Source of the DNA: an uncultured virus (IMG/VR IMGVR_UViG_3300027869_000007)
Taxonomy: Duplodnaviria; Heunggongvirae; Uroviricota; Caudoviricetes
IMG/VR virus record: IMGVR_UViG_3300027869_000007
Length of the DNA stretch: 64,000 bases
Strand: one strand, 5' to 3'
The notes under the pieces are model-generated. The model was not told where the DNA came from, did no database searches, and saw only the letters and a program-made list of their open reading frames with translations. Made by a program: the position numbers and the translations under genes. Every line of letters begins with the position of its first letter. Positions within the stretch are counted from its first letter, which is position 1. Shown in pieces: positions 1-8,893 of this stretch.

Positions 1-333
1 CCTCGTCAAGAACGATGACTAGACTTTCGTCGTCACTAACAGACGGCGACGTAACAAGCGACAATCTAGGCGTCGGCGAGGTTGCTGTGACGTCTTCGTC
101 GAGGACGAAGGATAGTTGCTCTTCGTCGCCGATCGTAGGCGCGGCCGTAACAGAAAGTCGAGAAGAAGCTGCAGTTGCGACGATGTCCTCGTCAAGAACG
201 ATGACTAGACTTTCGTCGTCACTAACAGACGGCGACGTAACAAGCGACAATCTAGGCGTCGGCGAGGTTGCTGTGACGTCTTCGTCGAGGACGAAGGATA
301 GTTGCTCTTCGTCACCGATTGTAGGCGCGGCCG
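1..333. repeat. Near-perfect 186-bp direct repeat (62 aa, two related ~31-aa subunits)
   Basis: 1..147 matches 187..333 apart from a couple of substitutions. Confidence 0.95.
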
Positions 334-505
334 ACGGGACTAGACGTAGAGGAACCGGTTGTGCTTGCAGGCTGTCTTCGTTGAGAAACGAAAGAGAAAA
401 ATCATCTTCAGAAACTGTTATTGGAGCAGTATTGCGTACTACTGGAACCGCTAGTGTCGGCGCCTCTTCCTCAAGGCCAGAAATTCGTAGAAGAGGCGCT
501 AACAC
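1..505 (-). CDS. Acidic Ser/Thr/Pro-rich tandem-repeat protein, partial (runs off the left edge); probable virion fibre/stalk
   Basis: Not in the ORF track. GTG at 505 just after the stop of the 509..2605 gene. Reads MLAPLLRISGLEEEAP...APTIGDEEQLSFVLDEDVTATSPTPRLSLVTSPSVSDDESLVIVLDED... with no stop down to position 1. Confidence 0.75.
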   Translation of the reverse strand, partial: MLAPLLRISGLEEEAPTLAVPVVRNTAPITVSEDDFSLSFLNEDSLQAQPVPLRLVPSAAPTIGDEEQLSFVLDEDVTATSPTPRLSLVTSPSVSDDESLVIVLDEDIVATAASSRLSVTAAPTIGDEEQLSFVLDEDVTATSPTPRLSLVTSPSVSDDESLVIVLDE

Positions 506-508
506 GGA

Positions 509-2605
509 CTACGGATTAGCTGGTTTGATAACCATAGCATCGACCTGCTGAATACCTATAACCTGACCTGATCCTGTAGTCAGCGTAATCCCGGCATACT
601 GAATACCGCTCGTCACTGTCGAAAACGCGGTCACAGCAGGCTGCGCCACCGCACTAGCCGAAGCTACTATACCTGTTGATGTATTGTTGTTGATGTAGTA
701 AGTGATCACAGAAGAGGCTGACGGGCCGTTAGTACGGATAGTCCACCGAATTTTCATTATAAACGGGCTAGTCGCTGCAGTGCCTGTAAACGCACCTGTC
801 GCTAACGTAGCATCTGCCGTTGATCCTGCCGTACCGACCTTGAGTAACCAGCTAGAACTGACCGCCGCACCTGTACTGGTAGTGCCTGATATAACCCATT
901 CTATCGTTGTGCCCGGCTGGAATCCTTGTGGCGGCACCGAGATTAAACTGCCGAGTAGGATATTAGTCGACGCAGAAGCTACGCTCTGCTGAGCAACTGA
1001 GGCCGGACCGCTTGGCGATATTACTTGAATGCCGCCGTTAGGCGTCCAGATGAAACTTGCTCCGGCCGGACCCTGCGTTGTACTTGTAGCTACCTGTTCT
1101 ATCGTCGGAACCGGCGATCCGTTACCGAGCTGGTAGTCATGATAGATGTTCCCCTGCGACGGAAAGGTAAGTTTAGCGCCTGTATTAAGGAGCCCCATCG
1201 CGTTAAAACCACCGGCGCCCGGGTCACCGTCACGCCAGACACAGTTACGAACCGACAATGCGATATTGGTGTTAGACCCGCATAACCGCCAGCCGGGCTT
1301 ACGGATGCGATTGATCGCACCGTCGTTAGTCGCGTTTCCGCCGTTAATAACAACCTGTTCGAAATACGCCGAGTCCAAATTACGACAATCGAATGCTGCT
1401 GGACCCCACGTCGTACCGTGGTTGCAAGCAGTGTTAAGCCAGGTAAATAAGTTTGTATTACCTGTTGTCGAACCGGCGAATTTGACAACCGGACCGTTAG
1501 CAGGTACTGCTTGCACAACGTTCGAGCCACTGACCGTTGTCGGAGCAAAGGCAGCATCATTAGCCGATACAGTACAGCCGGTCAGTGTCGTAGTGCCGCC
1601 GCCGCCTGTGTAATTAACGAGCACAGGATAGCCGTTCGCGGTCTGTACCCATACATAGCCGGCAGTAATCAATCCGTTTGCAGCAGCAAGAGTGAGGGAC
1701 TGTCCTGTTGTCGTTAGCGTAACCGCACTCGTGGTTGTAGTCGGAGTTAGAGTAGCAGCAACCGGAAACGCGCTGTTTTCTAGCGCGCGGAATTTCATAT
1801 TTTTGAATATGCCTCTAGATGTATTTGCCGTACCTCCGATTGGTTCGAGCACATCAAGGTAGAGCCCACCAGCGATACAGTCCATAAAGAAAATGTCTTC
1901 GAAATCAAAACCGACACAATCAAACGCCTGGATTCCGTAGAGTGCCGGATTCTGATCTCCGTTACGACCGTCGATCCAAAGATGTCTTACTGAAGGCGAA
2001 TTGATTGGCTGGGCACTCGCACCAGAGATTGGGATGAATTTGATCATCCCGTCGAACGTTGTCTGTCCATTGTTAGTGCCCCACCAGACGAGAGCTGTCC
2101 CGCCGGCTTTAGTGTAGTCACCGAAATCGATGTCGACCGAGCCGCCGATTCCGATCAGCGTACATGGTTTATTGAACGTAACGCCGATAGGAAAACCGAA
2201 ACGGTTGGTCGACGTGAGCGGGAAATTAACCACTGCTCCAGGATAGGTCAGACCGTTGATGGTTGTCGCCATCAGATTGATAGCGGCAGTATTATCTGTA
2301 CCAACCTGTATTCCGGCGTTGCTGACAGTAGTTGTTATATTAGGTGAAACATTGACGGAAGTTCCCGAGTTGAGACTGCTAATCGTACCGGCATACATTG
2401 CCCCAGAAGCGCCTGCGCCTGCGAGCGTGATGCGTTTACCAACGTCCTGTGCTGTGAATGCTATCGTGGCTGACGTAATAACCCCCGGAGTTCCAGAGGA
2501 ACATGCGCCGTCGAAGGTGACACGATGATCGCCGACAAATCCAAAATCTACAACAGCGTCATAATAAGTATCTGGTGGGCGCGCGGTTGGAACTATCCAG
2601 CTCAT
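509..2605 (-). CDS. Spike/fibre protein with probable pectin-lyase-like beta-helix (receptor binding/depolymerase)
   Basis: 698 aa, Gly/Thr/Asn-rich. VVDFGFVGD...GTDNTAAIN start motif typical of tailspike beta-helices. Confidence 0.65.
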   Translation of the reverse strand: MSWIVPTARPPDTYYDAVVDFGFVGDHRVTFDGACSSGTPGVITSATIAFTAQDVGKRITLAGAGASGAMYAGTISSLNSGTSVNVSPNITTTVSNAGIQVGTDNTAAINLMATTINGLTYPGAVVNFPLTSTNRFGFPIGVTFNKPCTLIGIGGSVDIDFGDYTKAGGTALVWWGTNNGQTTFDGMIKFIPISGASAQPINSPSVRHLWIDGRNGDQNPALYGIQAFDCVGFDFEDIFFMDCIAGGLYLDVLEPIGGTANTSRGIFKNMKFRALENSAFPVAATLTPTTTTSAVTLTTTGQSLTLAAANGLITAGYVWVQTANGYPVLVNYTGGGGTTTLTGCTVSANDAAFAPTTVSGSNVVQAVPANGPVVKFAGSTTGNTNLFTWLNTACNHGTTWGPAAFDCRNLDSAYFEQVVINGGNATNDGAINRIRKPGWRLCGSNTNIALSVRNCVWRDGDPGAGGFNAMGLLNTGAKLTFPSQGNIYHDYQLGNGSPVPTIEQVATSTTQGPAGASFIWTPNGGIQVISPSGPASVAQQSVASASTNILLGSLISVPPQGFQPGTTIEWVISGTTSTGAAVSSSWLLKVGTAGSTADATLATGAFTGTAATSPFIMKIRWTIRTNGPSASSVITYYINNNTSTGIVASASAVAQPAVTAFSTVTSGIQYAGITLTTGSGQVIGIQQVDAMVIKPANP

Positions 2606-2624
2606 CTATTTTACCTGCTATTTT

Positions 2625-4331
2625 TTAGTTGTTATCGAAACCGATAGCGTGCGCTGACCCGGCCGCATCCCATATTCCAGTAATGATCGAACTCGGACAC
2701 GGCGAAACCAGATTAGTAGTGATTCCTGGCGGAACCTTTATACCTCTACCTACAAAAGCAGTCGCACCTTCGAACAAGTACAACGTTGAAGTTGTAGATG
2801 TATTTGTAACAGTGAGACCTTTACGTCCAGGATTGGCTGCCGCTATAGTGACACTTGTCGAACTCTGAGCCACGTTGATTTCGGTTGACGTGCCTGCGGT
2901 CGGTACAGCACTGTTAGGAGATGTTGTAACGACAATCGATGTATCTGTAGCTACCGCTGCCGTCGAACCGGCCTTAACAGTGGCTTTGAGATAAGGAAGC
3001 GTACCGTCAGCGAACATCACGGCTTGATTGGCCGAGTTGGCGATACCAACCCCGGTAGAAGTAAACGTAGGAGCCGTGCCAGGACCTGTCGTGTCGTTTA
3101 ATGACTGAAGAACCGCACTAAGACTGAATTGGTTGGGGGTGATACCGGCGGACGTCACTACCGGTACCTCTCCGCCGTTAATGTACCAGTACACCGCTGA
3201 GCCGTATACGGTGACCACGTAGAGGTTGTTGGCACCCGCGAAGTATTGGGGCAGGTTGTCCACACGACTCGTGAATACCCGGCTTCCCGAAGCCCAGATG
3301 ACGGCGTTGATAATACCGGCCGTCGTGACCTCAAAACCTATGCCGTCGGTGATGGGGGCAGCTGCCGTCGGGCTGCCGGGCTGGCTGGCCCACCCCCAGA
3401 ACCGGTACGTGTGCGTCTTGAGGACCGCCTCCAGCGTGATGGACCCGACGAATATCAGCCCGGAGAAGGACGGCGTGCTAAAGGTCGGCTTTGAGATCAG
3501 CCATGAAGTAGAATTGGCTGCGCCTGTGGTCGGGAACGTGAATACGCTATTTGCTAGCGTAGGAGGAGCCGTACCGCCTGAGGTCCACCTGTTGGTAGTG
3601 TCAATGACCGTCCCGGTCATCGGGTCATTGAAGATATCGTTCTGCTCTTCGGTTACTCGCAGGGTCCCTGCTGTCGTACATTGCGCGTAGATTGGGGTAG
3701 CAGCTGCAAGCTGGTTTGGAGTCGTGATTCTGATCGGTCCGACGCTGTTTGGGCTGGGCGCGACCACCAGGGACGGGTCTGTTGCGGCCGAGGCGGTAGA
3801 GGCTGCTTTAACTGCGACAATGTTGGTACCGTCTGTCAGTCTTGCCACAGCGGCTCGATCGCCGGCTGCCGTAGCACGCAGCGTACAATTAGCCGTTCCG
3901 CTAGTAAAAGCAGAGACTCTAACCCTGACGTTACTCACTCCGCCGAAAACTATTATGGTCTTTGCTACAGCGCCGTTAGGTGCCCCGAACACAAGAGTTG
4001 TAGTAAGAGTTGCTGTGGTAGGATCTTCGAATTCTGTAGCTTCCCAGGTGGTTCCACCGTCGTAAGATACCTCGGGGATAAGCGTTCCGATCAAAGTTCC
4101 AGCGATTAACTGCATACCGGCACTATTCTGGCCGGCGAGCGCGACCGAAGCTACAGCATTGAGCGCATTTAGCGCTGCCGTCACACCGACTGTGTCTGGA
4201 ACAGGAGACGGTGTGCCGTCTGGATGGAGAGCGACTACTAGAGGTGTGTCTGCGGTTGTGACAGCTGTATTTGGCGGCTTAACTGTAGCCTGATTGGTAG
4301 CGCCATTACCGTCTATAATAGATATGCCCAT
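2625..4331 (-). CDS. Multidomain fibre/spike protein
   Basis: 568 aa, Thr/Ala-rich beta domains separated by three copies of a VK..STA...TD..LVV..SPNS-like linker. Confidence 0.6.
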   Translation of the reverse strand: MGISIIDGNGATNQATVKPPNTAVTTADTPLVVALHPDGTPSPVPDTVGVTAALNALNAVASVALAGQNSAGMQLIAGTLIGTLIPEVSYDGGTTWEATEFEDPTTATLTTTLVFGAPNGAVAKTIIVFGGVSNVRVRVSAFTSGTANCTLRATAAGDRAAVARLTDGTNIVAVKAASTASAATDPSLVVAPSPNSVGPIRITTPNQLAAATPIYAQCTTAGTLRVTEEQNDIFNDPMTGTVIDTTNRWTSGGTAPPTLANSVFTFPTTGAANSTSWLISKPTFSTPSFSGLIFVGSITLEAVLKTHTYRFWGWASQPGSPTAAAPITDGIGFEVTTAGIINAVIWASGSRVFTSRVDNLPQYFAGANNLYVVTVYGSAVYWYINGGEVPVVTSAGITPNQFSLSAVLQSLNDTTGPGTAPTFTSTGVGIANSANQAVMFADGTLPYLKATVKAGSTAAVATDTSIVVTTSPNSAVPTAGTSTEINVAQSSTSVTIAAANPGRKGLTVTNTSTTSTLYLFEGATAFVGRGIKVPPGITTNLVSPCPSSIITGIWDAAGSAHAIGFDNN

Positions 4332-4340
4332 TGCGGTCTC

Positions 4341-4676
4341 CTATATCCATTCCCAGGAAACGTTAAATCTCCCGTTAGTTCTACCGACTGTGCATTTAGC
4401 AAATATAGTAAAACTTGTCCCTGGAACGATAGCTCCTACTTCTGGTTCCCAGTTCTCTACCCACACCTCATCTGCTGTATGATCTGCAGTCGCTTCAACA
4501 CGTTTAGACACAAAAATCTTTGAAGTCGCGAGAATGCCAGATTGCCCGGTAACAACCACCGAGCACAGTGTATCGTTCGCCGGGGGGATACCGAAGTTGA
4601 CCGTCGCGATGCCGCTATTGATTTTAGTCGATGATGACGGATTTATGATCTGCACGCCCATCAGGTTCTCTCCCAC
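4341..4676 (-). CDS. Small beta-rich virion protein (likely start at MGVQII, 4661)
   Basis: Tightly coupled in the operon; beta-strand pattern. Confidence 0.5.
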   Translation of the reverse strand: MGENLMGVQIINPSSSTKINSGIATVNFGIPPANDTLCSVVVTGQSGILATSKIFVSKRVEATADHTADEVWVENWEPEVGAIVPGTSFTIFAKCTVGRTNGRFNVSWEWI

Positions 4677-5170
4677 GAACTAACATTCGCAACGGCAGTG
4701 ACAGTATCGCTAATCGCGTAAATATCTCCCGTATAAATACCTTCACCAGAGTCGTTATAGCTGCCTCCATTTGGCTCTAAAATTACCCCCATTGTCACCC
4801 CACTAGCTGTCACCGCGTTTGTCTTACCGATATAGACGTTACCTGTGGACGCATTGTTAGTAATTACGATCGACTTACGAGACACATTGGAAGCCTGCAC
4901 TAAAACTGCTGCAGTACTAACCACAATACCGGTCGGGCTCCCTAGCGTCGAGCTTTGTGGTATATTACGAGTGGCGAGCGCGTACTCTGTTCCGACAGGG
5001 GCTGTGTTGATAACGCGTGATACTTCGGCTAAAGCAGCCCCTGTGATCTGAACGCGTTCACGGAAGATGTCCTGACCAGACGGCCCTGCGCCTACAAGAT
5101 CGGCCGCGTCAAGGTCGACACCCGGTTCTTGAACCGTTTGCGTCGTGATTTTAGAATCGATTGTAGGCAC
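4661..5170 (-). CDS. Virion protein with C-terminal beta-sandwich paralogous to the C-terminus of 2625..4331
   Basis: ASNVSRKSIVITNN..GNVYIG..GVILEP versus AANPGRKGLTVTNT..STLYLF..GIKVPP. Confidence 0.55.
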   Translation of the reverse strand: MPTIDSKITTQTVQEPGVDLDAADLVGAGPSGQDIFRERVQITGAALAEVSRVINTAPVGTEYALATRNIPQSSTLGSPTGIVVSTAAVLVQASNVSRKSIVITNNASTGNVYIGKTNAVTASGVTMGVILEPNGGSYNDSGEGIYTGDIYAISDTVTAVANVSSWERT

Positions 5171-5183
5171 GACGCGCCTTTAA

Positions 5184-5669
5184 TTATTCTTGAATGTCTA
5201 CTGCAGTCTCGAACACCATCGACGCGGTACCGGAACTATTGAAAAGATCGATCGACTGCGTCGCTCCGCCGTCAACCTCGATAGCGGTGTCGGGGTTATT
5301 GAGCCAGTTCCACCCGTTACCAGGCCCTGACCCGCTGCATGTAATGAGCCCCTGAAGGATAGGTCCTCCAGTTCCTGGCGTCACACCGGCAGTTGCTTGG
5401 CCAGCAGTAGCCTTAGCAGCTGAACCGGTCTGCATACGAGGAGAAGGTGTTATAGCGGTACCGCCTGCACTCGCGGTAGTCGTCCATCTCTTAATGCGTT
5501 GGACGATGCCAGAAAGGAACGTCAACGCTGCTCCTTTACCGCCCATCGTAACAGACATCACAGTTAATGTCTTAGTTCCGGGGGCAATAAAGAGAGCATC
5601 GATTTCGGTGTTCGGTGTGGCACTGGTTGTGAAATTCACCCCAGGCATGACATTGTAAACAAACGGCAA
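5184..5669 (-). CDS. Beta-rich virion protein
   Basis: 161 aa, Thr/Gly-rich, within the structural operon. Confidence 0.5.
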   Translation of the reverse strand: MPFVYNVMPGVNFTTSATPNTEIDALFIAPGTKTLTVMSVTMGGKGAALTFLSGIVQRIKRWTTTASAGGTAITPSPRMQTGSAAKATAGQATAGVTPGTGGPILQGLITCSGSGPGNGWNWLNNPDTAIEVDGGATQSIDLFNSSGTASMVFETAVDIQE

Positions 5670-5677
5670 ATTTGCAC

Positions 5678-5890
5678 CTATTCCTTATCTATTTTGATTG
5701 CGGCAAGGAACTTACGAGCTTCTTTGGAGTTCGGCCAGTCGGCGTGATGCTCACAATGGGCTAGGCCGTTAGTGATGTAGAGCGGCTGGCCGGCACCACA
5801 ACTGCCTTCGGGACAGCGTTCGGACGCGCCTGCAATACAGCGAATAGCGTCTGGTGCTGGAGTAAGCTTCTTTTCGATATCGTTAGGCAT
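5678..5890 (-). CDS. Small Cys/His-containing hypothetical protein
   Basis: 70 aa, abuts the upstream ORF (TAG-ATG). Confidence 0.5.
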   Translation of the reverse strand: MPNDIEKKLTPAPDAIRCIAGASERCPEGSCGAGQPLYITNGLAHCEHHADWPNSKEARKFLAAIKIDKE

Positions 5891-6253
5891 CTAGCTTCCT
5901 TTTTTCGGTGCTTCTCGTGCTAAGACCGAGAGCGTGCTATTGACATCGTCTAGTTGACGAATAATTTCGTTAGGTTCAAGCAGTCGACCGTATTTCTCAA
6001 TCTGTGCTTGGTTTACCTTCTCCCAAAAAACTTCGTCAGGAACCACCATCGTGTTAGCGACCGCTCCGTGCTTTTCAAAGCACTTGGAACAAAGCCAGAA
6101 ACTGAACGTCGTGTGGTCTTCGGGCACACCGCCGTAAGGGGCACCGCAGTTTGCGCAATAGACAGGTACGTAGACTACGCCGTCTATGACCTGTCTCCCC
6201 CGAGTGGTCTTAGCTCTACTATCAGGAAGAACATCTTTCGTGCTTCTACTCAC
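5891..6253 (-). CDS. Zn-finger hypothetical protein
   Basis: CANC...CSKC. Confidence 0.6.
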   Translation of the reverse strand: MSRSTKDVLPDSRAKTTRGRQVIDGVVYVPVYCANCGAPYGGVPEDHTTFSFWLCSKCFEKHGAVANTMVVPDEVFWEKVNQAQIEKYGRLLEPNEIIRQLDDVNSTLSVLAREAPKKGS

Positions 6254-6903
6254 AGAGACGCTCCCAACACATCAGAGCCAAGCAGGTACATTTCACTCAA
6301 ACTGCTCAACTTGGAGCTTATATTTTCGCCGACGATTTCTGGTGATAGAGGAGGTTCTCGATGAACAAGCGTGTTTAATGCGTCTCGTAAGACGGCAGAT
6401 CGCCTTTCTTCAAGCCATAGTCCTGCCGTTTTGGCTACGGCAGTGGCGCGATCTAAGTCCGAACTGGCGACAGTGACTGCCTCCTTCAGGTCGTCTACTC
6501 TTTCATAAGGAGTAATAGAAGCGTTCGGACTCTTCGAACCCTTCTTTAAGGCTGAAATATGATTTCCAATCCAAGAACGTGTTGCCTCAGCCGGACGAAG
6601 TCCAGGAGCGACATCGTTTCGGAACATCCCAGTAGCAAACGACGCAGCCTCGTGATAGAAGGAGATTGCGTTATCGGCTATAGTAGCGCCTACATGTGCA
6701 AGGTAGACTGCGTTGAGCGGGACGTTAGAAGCGGTATTAGCTACCTCTTGAGATAACGCGACCGAAGCGGGCGACGGGGCGATGATGAAAAACGGTTTAG
6801 TCTGAGGCGTTGCCTTAGCAGGTGCTGTTTTTGCAGATTCTGCTGCCGACGCTTCGGCATCAGCGTCCGTGACGACGCGTAAAATTGGATGATCGAGACT
6901 CAT
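6250..6903 (-). CDS. Hypothetical protein with C-terminal YLLGSDVLG tag
   Basis: 217 aa, ends EMYLLGSDVLGASL. Confidence 0.65.
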   Translation of the reverse strand: MSLDHPILRVVTDADAEASAAESAKTAPAKATPQTKPFFIIAPSPASVALSQEVANTASNVPLNAVYLAHVGATIADNAISFYHEAASFATGMFRNDVAPGLRPAEATRSWIGNHISALKKGSKSPNASITPYERVDDLKEAVTVASSDLDRATAVAKTAGLWLEERRSAVLRDALNTLVHREPPLSPEIVGENISSKLSSLSEMYLLGSDVLGASL

Positions 6904-6936
6904 TAGCGATTATAATTATCGCTAACCATTTATCAA
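6903..6936 (-). promoter_or_regulatory. Sigma70-like promoter with palindromic operator, probably leaderless
   Basis: Minus strand TTGATA-N16-TATAAT-CGCTA-ATG. The palindrome TTAGCGAT-N7-ATCGCTAA covers the -10 box. Confidence 0.5.
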
Positions 6937-6948
6937 AACACAAGAAAG

Positions 6949-8571
6949 TTAGCCGGCTTGAAAGAAGCGATTCCTCCAGACCTCTTTCATGAGTTTTGCA
7001 AAACTGTCACGATTCCAACTATTTGAACCAGACCACTTAGACCACGGAACAAAAAGACCTTTCTTGGTGGTTTCGTTTATAATCTCAGGTGCGACTTTGA
7101 TACCGTTCCATTTAGCCACTTCTCGCAAAACTTTTTTTGATCCTGTTTCGTCTATTTTGTACCAAACAGGCATGCGAGCTGACAATTCCATCAAACGATA
7201 GTCAAAAAAGATAGATCGGTTCTCAATCGACGACGCGGCGGCCATCTTGTCTGCCATACGCATAAGTAGCTGCATTGTCGAATAAAATTCCACACGCATA
7301 GCATTAGTTAAAAGATTTCCACTATCTTTAGAAAAACGACGAACAATATCTAAAGCGTGATTTCTAGCAGAACCGTCAGATCTGTCTAGCATGCGAGCAA
7401 TAATCTCTTCGTCGGTACCTAACAATCTAGTGCGTGCATAGCTGTAATCTGCTAAAAACGGGTCATCCTGCGTTTTCATTATGTGGTGTAGAATTCTGTA
7501 CCTGGTATATCCTCCAAACAGTTCGTCCGCACCTTCTCCTGAGAGTGCTACTACACATCCGTCCTCGGCCATTTTCTTGTTCATGAACCATTGACACACC
7601 GATGTCCACGTAGCCGGCGTGTCTAGATGGTACACGACTTCAGGCAAAACCCGCATGAGGTCGGCCATTCCGAACGTAATAGGTGTTGGTTCTCTACCGG
7701 CAGCTAATCTAGCGAGCGGTAAGTTGTCTACTCCGTCGTCTGGGAACGTAACGGTATAGGCTTTGTCGCACTTAGCTATGGCCTGGACAATAGCCGAATC
7801 TAAGCCACCCGAAACCTGGGCACCTACTACGACTTCAGATACCGAACGAATTTTAACCGCGTCGACGATGAGAGAGTAAGTCTCCTCTACCGCATCGTCC
7901 CAAGTCATATTTTCGTCTACCGTACCGTAAGGCAGTTCCCACCAAGTATTGCACTTTATATCAGAAAGCTCTTTAGGCGAACGCAGTCGTATAAACTGTC
8001 CTGGACCTAGCCGCCTTACGTCTTTAAAGGGTGTAGTTTCAAGACAATCAAATTCAAATACGTCTACATCTGGACACAAGCTTTCTTCTAGCCTAATAGG
8101 CAGCGCCTTTATCTCGGAAGCAAAAGCAAGCCCGGTGCCAAACGGTGCATAGTATAACGGCTTTTCGCCGGCTCTATCGCGAGCCAAGAATACTTCGTTA
8201 TTGATAGAGTCTATAATAACAAGACCAAACATAGCGTTGAACCTGTGGAGCATAGAAGGGCCCCATCTTCGCCACGCTCTTGCTACTACCTCTGCATCAC
8301 AATCCGTCTCCCAAGGAGTGCCGTCTGATAACTCCGAACGAAGTTCGCGCCAGTTGTACAGTTCGCCGTTGAAAGCTAAGACTACGCCGCAAGACTCTCT
8401 AAAATCGAACGGTACGCCTATCTGGCGCCGGTCTACTATAGCGAGTCTCGCCATTTCGACAGCGACATGTGCCCAGTTTAAACTAGCTGAAGACGATCCT
8501 ATACCGTCAGGTCCACGATGACGTAGAATGTGACCTGTTCTAGGTATTACAGTTCCTGTGAATCCACACAA
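6949..8571 (-). CDS. asnB: Asparagine synthetase-like glutamine-dependent amidotransferase
   Basis: N-terminal MCG, HRGPD, RLAIVD, FNGELYN, ARDRAGEKPLYY, SGGLDS, LSGEGADELFGGY. Confidence 0.93.
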   Translation of the reverse strand: MCGFTGTVIPRTGHILRHRGPDGIGSSSASLNWAHVAVEMARLAIVDRRQIGVPFDFRESCGVVLAFNGELYNWRELRSELSDGTPWETDCDAEVVARAWRRWGPSMLHRFNAMFGLVIIDSINNEVFLARDRAGEKPLYYAPFGTGLAFASEIKALPIRLEESLCPDVDVFEFDCLETTPFKDVRRLGPGQFIRLRSPKELSDIKCNTWWELPYGTVDENMTWDDAVEETYSLIVDAVKIRSVSEVVVGAQVSGGLDSAIVQAIAKCDKAYTVTFPDDGVDNLPLARLAAGREPTPITFGMADLMRVLPEVVYHLDTPATWTSVCQWFMNKKMAEDGCVVALSGEGADELFGGYTRYRILHHIMKTQDDPFLADYSYARTRLLGTDEEIIARMLDRSDGSARNHALDIVRRFSKDSGNLLTNAMRVEFYSTMQLLMRMADKMAAASSIENRSIFFDYRLMELSARMPVWYKIDETGSKKVLREVAKWNGIKVAPEIINETTKKGLFVPWSKWSGSNSWNRDSFAKLMKEVWRNRFFQAG

Positions 8572-8592
8572 GTTAATATCCTCTAAAAAGAG

Positions 8593-8639
8593 ACACTATC
8601 GCAAACGCTTTCGCTTGTCAAGACGAAAGCGTAGATCTG
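8593..8639 (-). promoter_or_regulatory. Sigma70-like promoter with inverted repeat around -35 (copy 1)
   Basis: TTGACA(8621-8616)-N17-TAGTGT, with CGCTTTCG...CGAAAGCG flanking the -35 box. Confidence 0.65.
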
Positions 8640-8689
8640 TTAGATATTTACGCGATTGAACAGGGACAATACGGAGAGTTCTTGATTTT

Positions 8690-8893
8690 CTACCGATGGC
8701 TTGCGTTCGTAATATCAACCCGAGCTGCTGCGACGTTGAAGACTGGACCTATGGGCAACTTGTGATGCTGCAGACATTCCTTGCAGCCGAATTTGTAAAG
8801 TCCAGGTTTAGTACCAGCAACTACATAGAGCGGTCCGCTATCACCACCGCCGTTGTGTTTGTTTCCAGGAAATGGACAGTTCGGATTAGCCAT
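8690..8893 (-). CDS. Small hypothetical protein
   Basis: 67 aa, TAATG overlap with the upstream gene. Confidence 0.5.
   Translation of the reverse strand: MANPNCPFPGNKHNGGGDSGPLYVVAGTKPGLYKFGCKECLQHHKLPIGPVFNVAAARVDITNASHR

Noticed and set aside
15..551. Plus-strand 178-aa Ser-rich ORF
   Set aside because: Shadow of the minus-strand repeat gene that continues the left-arm operon.
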